Below, one piece after another: positions 37,853 through 50,700 of a stretch of DNA of 64,000 nt. Source of the DNA: Eledone cirrhosa (Eukaryota). The notes under the pieces are model-generated. The model was not told where the DNA came from. It worked only from the letters and a program-made list of their open reading frames with translations, and made no database searches. How positions within the stretch are numbered: position 1 is the stretch's first letter; each line of letters opens with the position of its first letter. The stretch spans positions 57,102,001 through 57,166,000 of the forward strand of contig OZ024744.1 of the NCBI GenBank assembly GCA_964016885.1. Reading direction: 5' to 3'. Both the position numbers and the translations under genes were made by a program.

Positions 37853-38983
37853 GCATAAGTAGACGAGAAAACAGAACCCAGACCCCCTCAGGGAAATGGC
37901 CTTGCTCAGTATGTAGGAAAGGTGTAGGTAGGAACTCTATCCTCTGCCTCAAATGCAAACAATGGGTACACAAGAGATATAATGAGATCTCAGGAAGCTT
38001 AGCTAAGAATGTAGGCTTTACATGTAGCAACTGCACCAGGACAACAAGCAGCAAACAGCCACAGGAAACAAGCACCACCAAACTCTGGGAGGGCTCTGTA
38101 GAAACAGTAGACAGCTTTTGCTACCTAGGTGACCAAATTAGCAGCAGAGGTGGGTGTTCTGAAGTACAGTAAGAATGGGATGGAAGAAGTTCAGGGAGCT
38201 ACTGCCACTGCTAGCTGCAAAAGGCTTTTCCCTCAAAATGAAAGGCAGACTGTATGATGCATGCATACGAATACCAATGTTACATGGTAGTGAGACCTGG
38301 GTGTTGTGTGTAGAAGACTTGCGTAGATTAGAAAGAAATGAAGCTTGCATGCTCTGATGGATGTGTAATAGTAATATACACGAACGGCAAAGCATAAGCG
38401 AATTGAGAGAGAGACTGAGCATAAGAGGAATCAAATGCTGTGTGCAAGAGAGGAGGTTGCGTTGGTATGGACATGTGATGTGTATGAAGGATGACAGCTG
38501 CAAAAAAAGGTGCAGAGCACTAGTAGTCGATGGAAGCCGTGCAGTGGAGAGACCCAGGAAGACCTGGGATGAGGTGATAAAAGCCGACCTTACCCAATTG
38601 CACCTCTCAAAGGCGATGACACATGCAGTAATACAGAAGACCCGACTTCCCACGGATACAAGCCGAAACTGAAGCATATAGACAATATGCCCCCACACCC
38701 TCCCACTGCAAAGTGGTCGTGGAGGTACCATGGCAAAAAAGCACCCAGCCCACACTGTAAAGTTGACGTGCAGGTGCCACAGAAAAAAAGCACCCAGCAC
38801 TCACTGTAAATGAGGTTGGTGTTAGGAAGGGCATCTAGCTGTAGAAATCAAGCCAGAATCAGTTCCCGTATGAGCAAGACGAGGTCAGCCGACTGGACAC
38901 TGCCCACAACAGGACAACCCGTCTAACCAATGCTAGCGTGGAAGAACGGACGTAAAATGGCGATGATGATAATGATAATGATG
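37853..38983 (+). mobile_element. 5'-truncated RTE LINE with a Cys-rich PHD-like insert
   Basis: WPCSVCRKGVGRNSILCLKCKQWVHKR...FTCSNC, FCYLGD, GWKKFRELLP, RRLRWYGHV; (GAT)n tail. Confidence 0.9.
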
Positions 38984-39120
38984 CCAAAAGCAAACAGAAA
39001 TATATATATATGTAAGAGATAGCAACCTGAATAGACCTGTTTTTTTATCAAAGAAATTTTTTTCGTTTTTGCCACTGCTCATTCTCCTCTATCATTCTAT
39101 TTCTCTTTTAATTTCTCATT

Positions 39121-39160
39121 CTATTTTATGATGAAGGACTAGTGTCCGAAACATTAAGAC
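39121..39160 (+). ncRNA. degenerate minimal hammerhead ribozyme motif
   Basis: aUGAUGA-A-GGAC(UAGU)GUCC-GAAAC; C3 replaced by A, stems I and III poor. Confidence 0.45.
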
Positions 39161-39255
39161 TCTTTTCCTACTATATCAAGCGTAAAACTAATATATTTCT
39201 TCATTGTACTGTGTCATTTTTTTTGTTATTTCTGTTTACCTTTTGCATATACACG

Positions 39256-39662
39256 CATCATCATCACCGTTTTACGTCCGTTCTTCCACGTTAGCATCGG
39301 TTAGACGGGTTGTCCTGTTGTGGGCGATGTTAGGCCGGGTGACCTTGTCTTGCTCATATGGGAACTGATTTTGGCTTGATTTCTACAGCTGGATGCCCTT
39401 CCTACCAACCTCATTTATATTGAGTGCTGGGTGCTTTTTTTCCATGGCGCCTACACGGCGACTTTACAGTGTGGACTGGGTGCTTTTGTTGTTGTGACAC
39501 CTCCATGTTAAGAAGGGCATCCAACTGTAGAAAGTAAGCCAGAAACAGTTCTATATGAGAAAGACATCGTCACCTGACACAACTTGCCTCAAACGGGACA
39601 ACCTGTCTAACCCATGCTAATGTGGAAAATGGATGTTAAACAATGATGATGATGAGATGATG
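39256..39662. mobile_element. two RTE 3' UTR fragments in opposite orientation
   Basis: minus 39256-39505 and plus 39507-39662 match 38.75-38.98 kb. Confidence 0.8.
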
Positions 39663-39675
39663 AGATAATAAGATA

Positions 39676-39854
39676 TAAACAGGTAAAATTCTGTTATTAC
39701 GAATACCATTTTAACAAATTTTTCAGTATAACAAAATTTTTTTAATCTTCAGCCACATGCTCGATGTTTCAGGTCAATCTCATTATAAAGAATTTTTCAT
39801 TACAACAAATTCTTTTTTGTACCCTGTGAATTTCGTTATAATGGAATTTCATTG

Positions 39855-39857
<3 letters not shown>
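39676..39857. mobile_element. Tigger/pogo-like MITE
   Basis: aaattctgttattacgaa ... ttcgttataatggaatttcattgta imperfect TIRs in TA context. Confidence 0.5.
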
Positions 39858-39883
<26 letters not shown>

Positions 39884-39886
<3 letters not shown>

Positions 39887-40050
39887 TGGCTTCTACAGAC
39901 TAGAACTGTTTCATTCGGGAGAAATCATCATTCTCCCGAATGAAACAGTTCTAGTCCTGTAGAAGCCATTTCTATATTCAATATTTATACTCTGCTATGT
40001 ATTGAGTACCTTATTTTCTGTGGTTACCTCCGATTGAACCTGGGATAAAC
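39884..40050. repeat. second copy of the 34766-family fold-back with truncated hammerhead
   Basis: UGAUGA-U UUC(UCCC)GAA U-GAAA-CAG..CUG-UA on minus; same 3' extension tatactctgctatgtattgagtacc. Confidence 0.85.
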
Positions 40051-40610
40051 TTATATATATATACATGTATATATATAGATATATAGTATACACACTCAAA
40101 CACACCTACATATGTGTTTGTGATGTGAGTAAACAACAATTTTTCTTCTAGTTTCTGGTTTAGTAGAAATCAATTCATTGTTCCATTGATTTTTGAACAT
40201 TGATCGTAGTTTTCAATCATTTTTATTTTTATATAGGTTCTGTTGAGAGAGGTAAAGAATAAGGCTAGTGTTATTTCTCAGTGTAGGATATATATCATTT
40301 CATCATCATCATTTCATTTTACATCTGCTTTTCCCTGCTTGCAAGGGTGGGACGGGAACTGATTCTGGCTTGATTTCTACAGCTGGATGCCCTTCCTAAC
40401 ACCAACCTCATTTACAGTGTGGGCTGGGTGCTTTTTTCCGTGGCACCTACACGACCACTTTGCAGTGGAATGATAGGACTCCAGTCCCTATCATATCATT
40501 TCTACAGCTGAGTAAACTGGAGCAATGTGAAATAAAGTGTCTTGCTCAAGGAAACAACACATCACCTGGTCTGAGAATTGAACTCACAACCTTTCGATTG
40601 CAAGGCCAAT

Positions 40611-40689
<79 letters not shown>

Positions 40690-40693
40690 CACA

Positions 40694-40731
<38 letters not shown>

Positions 40732-41119
40732 TGTGTATAAATATATATATGTATATTATCACTCGCTCGCTCTTCTGTGAAATGTAATGTACGAATTCCT
40801 ATTTTCTCGTCTCTCCATGTTTACCTGGTCCATTCATCTACCTGTATCATATCGTCCGGAATACAACCTTTTCTTTTTCAATGCTATTCGATAATTCTGT
40901 CTGATCGTTCAATAATCTTCTTGTATTTTAAAATCCCATAATTTTTCCCTTATTACAGTTATATGCTCGTTCAATTATGGCAAAAATTTCGTGGATTTTA
41001 GTTTATAACCTTCTCGCTAACTACACTAGATCCCATCCCCCTACCCGCAGTCACCACCATTATTATTTGGACCAATCATAAGTCAGCGGCCTATATTATT
41101 ACTTCTTAAATTTAGACCT

Positions 41120-43387
41120 GGTTGCCTTTCGATATGATGGATGGAGTACGGAATTCTGGAGAGTCTGAAAAAAATCTGGACACTCAGTGACAATGCCAAA
41201 GATAAAGACAAATTCAGCTCATGCTGCCGGACGAGAATGCAAGGCCTCCTCCTCTTTATTTAGGCCGCGGACGGCTAACATAGCCCAATCCCCCTCACCC
41301 CTCTCTGCTCCCTGTCCTTCCCACCAAACGCAATCCAAAACTTCAGAGTTGGTACCATGGTAGCAGAAAAGTGGGCAGATAAGATAATAGACGTAAATAG
41401 AGTGAACGACAGAATAATTAAAATAAGACTTGTCCTCAATAGAACTACTGTGACAATAATATCTGCATATGCACCACAATCCGGACTGCCTGGCGTTATA
41501 AAAGACAGATTCTATGAGACGTTAATGCTCAATACCTCCCAAATAACCGACAGTGACTATATAATTATTGCTGGCGACCTAAATGGTCACGTTGGACAAC
41601 ACTGTGACGGCTATGACGGAATCCATGGAGGCTATGGGTTTGGTACTAGAAATGAGGAAGGCTCCAGAATCCTGGAATTCTGTGACGCAAATAATCTAAC
41701 TATCTGTAATACAAACTTAAAAAAAAACGAGACAATCACTTGATCACCTATAGATCCGGGTAACACACAAGCCAGGTAGATTATATCCTTACCAGAAGAC
41801 GGGACAGAGTGTCTGTTGTAAACACTAAATCCCTCCCCCATGAAGAATGCACCTCCCAACATAGCCTCATAGTTAGCGACCTCATAGTCAGGACTAGACG
41901 TACTCGACAACAGAGGAGGATTATCCTTAGGAGAAAAATATGGAGGTTAAAGGACCCCACAGCCAGTAATAAATTTAAAAGCATATTACTTGATGCTTTT
42001 GACAGTAAGGAAGAGCAATTAGAGTCGTACAATATAGAGGAACAGTGGGTATTCCGGAAAGCTAACCTGCTGAAGGTGACAGATGAAATCTGTGGCTGGA
42101 GCAGACCTATAGGCAGGAGGAGAGTAACTTGGTGGTGGAACAGTAATGTGGAGGAGTCGATCAAGGCCAAAAACCAGGCCTGGAAAGTATGGCGGGATGG
42201 GGGGAAGTAGAGAAGACTATCAAGTGGCCAGGAGGGAAGCTAGAAGACAAGTGTACTTCGCAATAAGGGAAGCAGAGGAAAGAAAGTTCAAGCATGTTCC
42301 ACAACGCGAGGACCAAAAACGTGAGGTGTTCAGGATTGCTAGGCATTGTGTCAAGGAGAACCGTGATATTGTCGGGGAGAAGTGTGTCTGTAATGATGAT
42401 GGTGTACTTGCCATCACTGACACTGATAAGAAGGTAGCTTGGAAGTGTCACTAGGAAAGGCTACTAAATGAGGAGAATAAATGGGAGAAAGACAGCCTCC
42501 CCACATCGATCCAATAGAGGGACCAGCAGTGCAAGTTGAAGGTAGTATAATAAGTAAGGCAATCAAAGATATGAAGACGGGCAAGGCGGCTGGGCCTTCG
42601 GAGATAGTTGTTGAATTGCTGAAAGCCTCTGGAACGGTGGTGGGACACACTATGGTCACCCGGATAGTAAACCAAGTCATACAGAATGGGGTCGTACCAA
42701 AGGACTGGCGTAGCAGCAGCAGCATCATCATTAACTGCTACAAGGGTAAAGGAGACGCCTTAGATAGGGGAAACTATAGAGGCATTAAATTAATTGACCA
42801 GATCATGAAGGTCACAGAAAAAGTAATAGCGCAACTAATCAGAGAGCGAACTGATCTAGATGAAATGCAGTTCGGGTTTGTGTCAGGTAAAAGTACCACA
42901 GACGCTCTTTTCATTGTACGACAACTACAGGAGAAGTACCTAGCTAAAAGTAAACCCCTCTACTTAGCTTTTGTAGACCTAGAGAAAGCCTTTGACAGAG
43001 TCCCCCCGCTCCATTATCTGGTGGGCTCTTAGAAAACTAGGTGTAGATGAATGGCTTGTGAGAGCTATACAAGCCATGTATAAAGAAACAGTCAGCAAGG
43101 TCAGAATTAACAACGAATATAGTGGGGAGTTTAGCGTAAAAGTTGGTGTTCATCAGGACTCCGTCCTTATCCCCCTCCTATTTATTATCGCCCTCCAAGC
43201 TATAACGGAGGAGTTCAAGACCGGCTGCCCATGGGAACTTCTATACGCAGATGATCTAACGCTCATAGCCGAATCAATGGCTGAACTAGAGAAGAAATTC
43301 AAAACATGGAAGCATGGCCTAGAATCAAAAGGCCTTAAAATTAACTTTTCTAAGACTAAAGTCCTAATATGTAGGAAGGAGAATAGG
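41120..43387 (+). pseudogene. RTE LINE ORF (APE endonuclease + RT), disrupted and 3'-truncated
   Basis: IISAYAPQSG, AGDLNGHVG, YGFGTRNEEG, NYRGIKLI, QFGF, AFVDLEKAFD, LLYADDL, INFSKTK. Confidence 0.95.
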
Positions 43388-44109
43388 TAAATGCTAAAGG
43401 GTTAAACTAACATATATACACAGTATCTATGCTTATGTGTGATTGCATTACTACAAAAATATATTGTATATGCTTTGTCTATGTGTTTGCTTATGTATCA
43501 CTATAAACATTTTTTACTTTGTGTATATGTGTATAAATATTCAGACCTGCCAACTTCCAAAAATCCACGAAAAAGAGTGCTCAAAAAATGGGGAGAAATA
43601 AGGCAAAATGAAGAGATTTTACATAAATGAAAACTATACCCATTTTCACAAGAGAAGACATCTCTCACCCACCTAAAGTGCATGAGAGATCTCCCCGTTG
43701 GACAAGGAGAGTTGACAGGTCTGTATATCCGTGTATATTTTCTTGGGAGACAATATATATGTAAGCAATTATATCACTGTGCTCTGTGTATATGTGTGTA
43801 TATGAGTGTATTTGTAAAAGTTCTGTCAATGGAAAGGAAAATAATAACAGATTACCCTCAAATCACACCCAACCACCCATCTAGCCACTCTACTATCCTA
43901 AAAATCAAAGAAAAGGCATAAGAAACATTGAAAAGATGACTGAAATGCATTTGGTCATAGGTTAACTCTATGAGAATTGTCATGAGACCCATCAACAACA
44001 ATACTACAGCTACTACTACCACCAACAGTAACACCACCACAATCCCTAACATCACCTACCAGTACCAACCTATAATTCTTTCATGACCAACAACAACAGT
44101 AGCAGTAAT

Positions 44110-44466
44110 GGTTTCTACATTTGGCACAAGACCAGCAATTCTTTTTGTTGGGGTAGGGAAAGTTGATTAAATTGACCCCAGTGCATTACTGGTGCTTTAT
44201 TTTATCGTCCCCATAACCTCGGCAGGATTTGAACTCAGACCGCAAAGGGCCGTAACTCTATGCCACGAAGCATGGCAATAATTGTTTCTACTTTTGGTAC
44301 AAGACCAGCAATTATCCCAGTGCATTACTGGTACTTTATTTTATCGACCCCGTAAGGATGACAGGCAAAATTAAGCTCGGCGGGATTTGAATTCAGAACA
44401 TAAAGGGCCATAACTCTATACTGCAAAGCATGATGTCTGACACTCTACTGATACTGGCAATCCAGC
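44110..44466 (-). mobile_element. two tandem tRNA SINE copies
   Basis: gtttctac.tttgg.acaag.ccagcaatt...gatttgaa.tcaga occurs twice. Confidence 0.8.
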
Positions 44467-45174
44467 ACCAAGAAGATAGCAATGTCAATTGTCAGTTTAT
44501 CTATAGCAATATATAGTCTACGCCGAGTGTGACACTCACAACACAACGGAATGAGGCTGTAAGATATGAGTTTAGAGAGTGGGAAAGGTTTGTTATGGCT
44601 TAGTCAGAGTAGTAAGGTCATAACCCTTGATCAATGGAACAACCTGTATATGAAATTAATGTATAAATGGTTGAGTATTCCACAGACATGTGTACCTTCA
44701 ATGTAATCCTTTGCAGAATCATCATGACAGAGTATGCCAGCATGGAAAGAAGTACCTTAAACAGCGATGATGATGATCATGATGATGACAGTATATATGA
44801 CCCTTTGAATTATACATACAGTCGTTGCAATGGGCTTCCACATAGACTCTGTCTATCTAGTTTCACTCTAAAGGTTTGGCTCAACAGAAGAGTATAGAAG
44901 AAGACAGTTTTTCCAAAATACCACACGGTGGGATCAAACCTAAGACTTCATAGATATAAATTAATCCAATTTCATAACCTCTCAGCCATGTTTCACCCCC
45001 ATCTTCACGACATACATATATTCACACAACCGTTTTCTTCAATATTTATTTCTTGATGCAAGAGAACTTAGTCTTTATATAATCCATTTTCCTACAAAAT
45101 CTTTGAACATCAAAAGAATTTCTGCAAAGCCAAAAATATATAATTGTAATATGCTAATCAAATTCTGTAAAAAC

Positions 45175-45600
45175 TGACACACACACACTCACAAACATAT
45201 ACAGCTACATATATGCATACACATACATATATGCATACACACACACATATATGCATGCACACACATAACAAACACACCTAACAAACCCACACATAACAAA
45301 CACACAGACACAGCTACACACATACACATACATACACACAGATACATACAAAGGCAGAGTTACATATATGTTTGCATACACCAACTTACATATATGAATG
45401 GACACACACATATCTATAGATACACATACAGATACATATATGCATGTATACACACATACATATATATGTATACAGATACATATATGCACGTACACACACA
45501 CTAACACAATCGTGCTTACACACATTCAGATATATGCAAACATGCACATATACAAACATACACATAACCACATGTGCACATGCAAACACGTGCATACCAA
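45175..45600. repeat. degenerate (CA)n/(CATA)n microsatellite
   Basis: direct inspection. Confidence 0.9.
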
Positions 45601-45625
45601 TAAACCCATTTATCTATATTCAGTC

Positions 45626-45802
45626 ATGAACGCTGCGTTCATAACTAGAAGTGGTGGAGAGGCGGTAAGAGTGTTAAGCTCGCAGTCTCCTCCTTTCACC
45701 ACCTCATTGAAAGACATCGAAAATGTCGTCAGTTTTGAAAACACGATGTCAGACGTTGATTGTAACATCAACACTAACACAAACACCAATAGCATGCAAA
45801 AT

Positions 45803-45880
<78 letters not shown>

Positions 45881-46830
45881 AATGACAACAAGAACAACAA
45901 CAGCAATAATGATAACAACACCACCACCACCACCAACAACAACAATGATAACAACAACACCACCAACAACAACAGCAACACGAACAACCCCACGAACAAG
46001 GAAAAGATTTCCTTTGCTCAAACCGTCCAAAAGACGGAACTGTTTACATACCTTGACATTTCCAATGCTAGGGAAATGTTAAGCGATGCAAAACAGTACG
46101 TAACTTTTGGTGAGAGTGGTGCTTTCAGCATCACTTCTCCTCAACAGTTACGCAGAGAAACTGTTCTAAAAACAGTAATTTTTAGGACGGTTTCAAATGT
46201 GTCGAAAAAACCAGTTCAATTATCCCAAAACGATATTGAACTGGTTCTGAAGAATTCCATGAAGGATATTGCCTTCATCCAAAAAGGGAAACTTTTTGGA
46301 AGCATTTCTGTGTTGTTGAAAGACCAATTGACAGCACAAAAATATTCTGTATCGCCGATTGTGTCCCCTCTTTACAGATTGTGTCCCCCCTTTACACCCT
46401 TTTCCCCACATATATGGGAAAAAGAACACAAAAAATAAAAATTTCGAACATTGCACCAAATGTAAACGTCTGGTGGATTCTAACTGGCTTCATCGATTTC
46501 GACGAAGACACCATCATTTCGGTGGGAAAGTCCTCCAGAGGCACATTCAATGGTACAAGCATGGAAGTTCTGGTCCAAATGAGGCCAGAACGGATAGCTA
46601 AAATACCCCGTGTGCCTCAGGATGGAATTTCACACATAAACATTTCTGTTGAGGGTAGGCGGCCTTCATGTTACCACTGTTTAAGCAGTGGTCACCTAAA
46701 GGCTTACTGTCCTCAGTTAACTAAAAAAAAAAGAGGCACTACTGCCAACACCCAAAACAACAACACAACCACCACCACCACCACCACCACCACCACCACC
46801 ACCACCACCACCACCACCACCACCACCACC

Positions 46831-46900
<70 letters not shown>

Positions 46901-47463
46901 CCAAAACAAGAACAACAAACCAACCTGCAAGCACAGTCCCACCCAACCCCACTCCACCTAAAACCACTGCAAAAACACCCACAAACACAACAGCTCCCAA
47001 AAACATACCCCTTCCAAATAACACAGACACCACAACGGACGAGGCCCCCACATCATCACCAAGTAACGATGAGGGAGAGCCTCTCCGTTCGAAAAGAAAG
47101 AAGAAAAGACACCACAAGAACAAAAAAACAAGAAACATCACTACAAACATACAACCACCAACACAAACAACACAAACAACACAAACATTACAAACAAAAA
47201 CTCCCCGTCCCGAAAACAAAACCACGACATCACTCCAAACACAAACACCTACAACAAAACGAAAGCTCCCACAAGAACAACAGACAAAAACCACCGCAAC
47301 ACAACAAGAACATTACACATACATAAAGAGTAAAAACAAAACTTTAATGGAGGTCATCTCCAACGTCCCTTCGGTGAAAACCGAAGGGAAAACTTTTTCG
47401 AACTGTGTAGACAAACCTAATTTAAAGATGATTAGGATCCCTACGGACACTATAAGTCTTTAA
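45626..47463 (+). pseudogene. Tx1-like ORF1 (gag-like CCHC knuckle), frameshifted by a 20-bp duplication at 46357-46396
   Basis: CYHCLSSGHLKAYC; collinear with the 51948-53273 ORF (WWIL.GF...EVLVQMRPERI.KI). Confidence 0.85.
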
Positions 47464-47705
47464 AGGAAAACTTTCCTAAGGACGTGGGTAATCCTTGTGT
47501 TAAACCCATTAACCGCGTCCTTTTAAAAAGTTTCCCCACCCTCACCTCGGACACCCCCACCCCACCAAACATCTCCGTCCCCACTACCGGAAACCACCAT
47601 CCACCCAGACAACCCCTCTAACACCCTCATGGAAAACGTGCGGCCTGGTCCCCGGGAGACGAAGAGGTGAGTGTTTTCTTCTCCTTTTAACTTTTCAGAA
47701 CCAAC

Positions 47706-50700
47706 ATGGCCAATATAAGAGTTGGATGTGTGAATGTACGCGGCCTGGGGATGCCCTGGAAACAGGGCAAACTCTTAAACGACCTCAGGTCGCACAGTAT
47801 GGATGTAGTAGTCATTTGCGAGTCCAGGATCCACAGCGAGCGACAGCTGGCTCCCATATTCAATGACTTTGAGATCTACGCATCTCTCTGTCGGCCGGGG
47901 TGTGTGGGCGGGGTTGCCGTTTTGCTGCGGAAACACCTGGGCCTCGTAACACAGACGGTACATCTGAATCCGGAGGGTCGACTGGTGGTCCTAGACGTTG
48001 ACGGTAGTGAAGGTGGAGCCTTAGGCTGGTGGCCGCATATGCCCCATCCGGGACACCGCTGCCAGACTTCTTCAAACGTCTAGAGACTTTTCTGGGAACG
48101 TCCTGCTCCTTGCTTTTAGTGGGGGGGGGGGGAGCTGGAATGGAATCCTAGATGCACGTTGGGACTATGTGGGAGCATGTCCCGATAAAGGGGGGTGTAA
48201 CAGCCTCAAACAGTTAATCGACCGATTTGACCTGGCCGATAGATATCGACTAGATTTTCCGACTGTGCCACTGTGGACGTGGACTAATATCAGCGGAACA
48301 TCTAGATCGTACCTAGATAGGTTCTAGTTAGAAATAAGGATAGGGACATGTTAAGCTGTCCACAAATGTTCATGGTTGCCTATTCAGATCACAAACTAGT
48401 GACCTGCATGGCCAACCTTGATAGAACCCATAGACCCGGCTACTGGAAGCTGAACTTGTCGTTACCGACAAGCAAAGCCTACAGTAGACGGATTAGCACT
48501 TTAGTTAAACAGCACTTGACAGGGGCCATTGTCAACAACAGATGGTGGTACTCTCTGAAGAGGGCAGTTAGATTAGACTCGTTAGTTTTTAGTAAAGAAT
48601 TAGCGTTAGATAGAAATAGAACCGAGAAGGAACTGGTAGATAAAGTAGAAGATGCAATTAGAAGTGGCAACGTAGCCAGCGTGCTAGCAACGAGAACGGC
48701 CTTGGACCAGTTCTTCGACGCAAAGCAGGAGGGCTCCGTTGTCAGAAGCAAAATACGTGCTCTGGGAAACGAGGGAACCAAAGCTGTTAGCTGGGCCCAA
48801 GTGACGGAGGCAAAAAGTGGCAACAAGTCCACGATTCGGTCTTTGAAGGACCAAAACGGACGCGTGATACGTGAGCTGAAGCAGATGTGTGCGGCCTTTC
48901 AACGGCACTTTGCTCAACTGTTCGGGCGGGGCGGCGCGCCGGGAGGGGATATGGATTTCGGTCCATACCTCGACGGCCTACCGCGACTCTCGGACAGCGA
49001 GGCAAAGTTCTGCGAAAAGCCGATTTCAGCCGCTGAGATAGGGGACGCGCTGAGCCAATGCGGGAAACGCAAATCTCCAGGTATCGACGGTCTACCCTAC
49101 GAATTTTACGTAGCAATGCCGGACTTATTCTCCGGTCTCCTGGAAGCGGTCTACTGCAACTGGCAACAGAACGGGAGAATTCCCAGTTCTGTGACCAGGG
49201 GCGTAGTCACACTAATCAGGAAGGACGAGAATAAGAGGGATGACATAGGCAACTTCCGGCCCATAACTCTGCTAAACACAGAGTTACAGATTTTGGCCAA
49301 GGTGTTGGCAAAGAGGCTGGCTCTTGTCGTCGAGAACCTGGTGGGAGAAGCGCAGACATGCGCAATCCCGACCAGGTCCATACACGACAACCTCCACCTC
49401 ATGCGATACATCATAGAGAGGGTAGGGTGTAAATCCGGCTTCGGTGGGGCCCTGATCAACTTGGATCAGTCTAAGGCTTTCAATAGGGTTGACCATCGTT
49501 ACCTGGATGCGGTGCTCGAGGCGGCAAGCTTCGGATCCGTGTTCAGGGGCTGGATTGCTGCAATGCTCAACAGCAACATCTGCTCAAGGGTCAAGGTGAA
49601 CGGCTACCTTTCGGAGCCGTTCCATATTACGCGATCCATTCGACAGGGATGCCCTCTCTCCTCCCTTCTGTACGTACTGACTCTCGAGCCACTACTGAGG
49701 AAGTTGGAGCTATTGCAGGGCATCCCTCTGGAACCGGGACTGCGGAAAGCGGCGTCGGCCTACGCCGACGACGTGACAGTAATGGTGTCGAGCGCCTCGC
49801 AAATCGAGGAAGTCGGCACCTTACTGAAGGAATACGAAAGTCTCACAGGAGCGAAGCTGAACCGGGACAAGTCCATCGGTTTGCAACTCGGATCGTGGAG
49901 AGGCAAACCGATGCCTTCCGATGGCGTCGTCGGACGCTAGACGGAAGGACCGGTAAAGCAGCTCGGGGTCTGGTTTGGTCCGGACCTCCAGGTGGAGAAG
50001 AACTGGAACGAAGTGACGCGGCCAAGGTGTTTGCACTCACCCAGAAGTGGGCCGAGTGCAAACTATCCTTGAAAGGTCGAGCAGAGGTGGCGAACACTTT
50101 TATAGCGTCCGCCATCTACTACCGCTTGACCGTCGTGCCTTGTCCAGCCAAAACGCTCGCCAAAATGGAACGCGCGCTCTTCCAATTCCTTTGGAAGAGG
50201 CGGGCTCCTTTGGTGAGAAGATCCATCTGCTGCCAACACCCTTCTAACGGAGGGCTGGGGATGCCGTGGTTGACGATGCGCAAACACGCGCTCAGGCTGC
50301 GGCATCTCTACGTATTCCTCACCGGACAACCGGTGTGGGCCCCGTTCGTGAGGCGAGCCTTCCCACGACTCGTCTCGCTGACCGAGCTGCAGTCCTGGGT
50401 CAAGCAAAGACCGAGGAAAATGGGCGACTGGCACATCAAATGTGCTCAGGCGCTCACAGCCCTCTGGCAGGCGGACCCGGCGATCAGTGGAGACTCCACT
50501 TCGTCATTCTATAGAGGGTTGATCCGCAGCAAGTGCGACGACGCGCTCGGTGAAACTCTAGGCGTAGAGGAAGATGAACTGGCCAGTCTGTTCGGTAGGA
50601 CTTTCCGCCCGGGACCGATGGACAACTTCCAAAAGTCCCTGGCCTGGCAGTGCTACCGAGGAGCTCTACCAGTTCGAGACAAGCTCTACAGACATGGGCG

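Noticed and set aside
45398-45625. N-terminal extension of the 346-aa ORF
   Set aside because: Upstream (CA)n microsatellite read-through; the likely ORF1 start is at 45626 or later.
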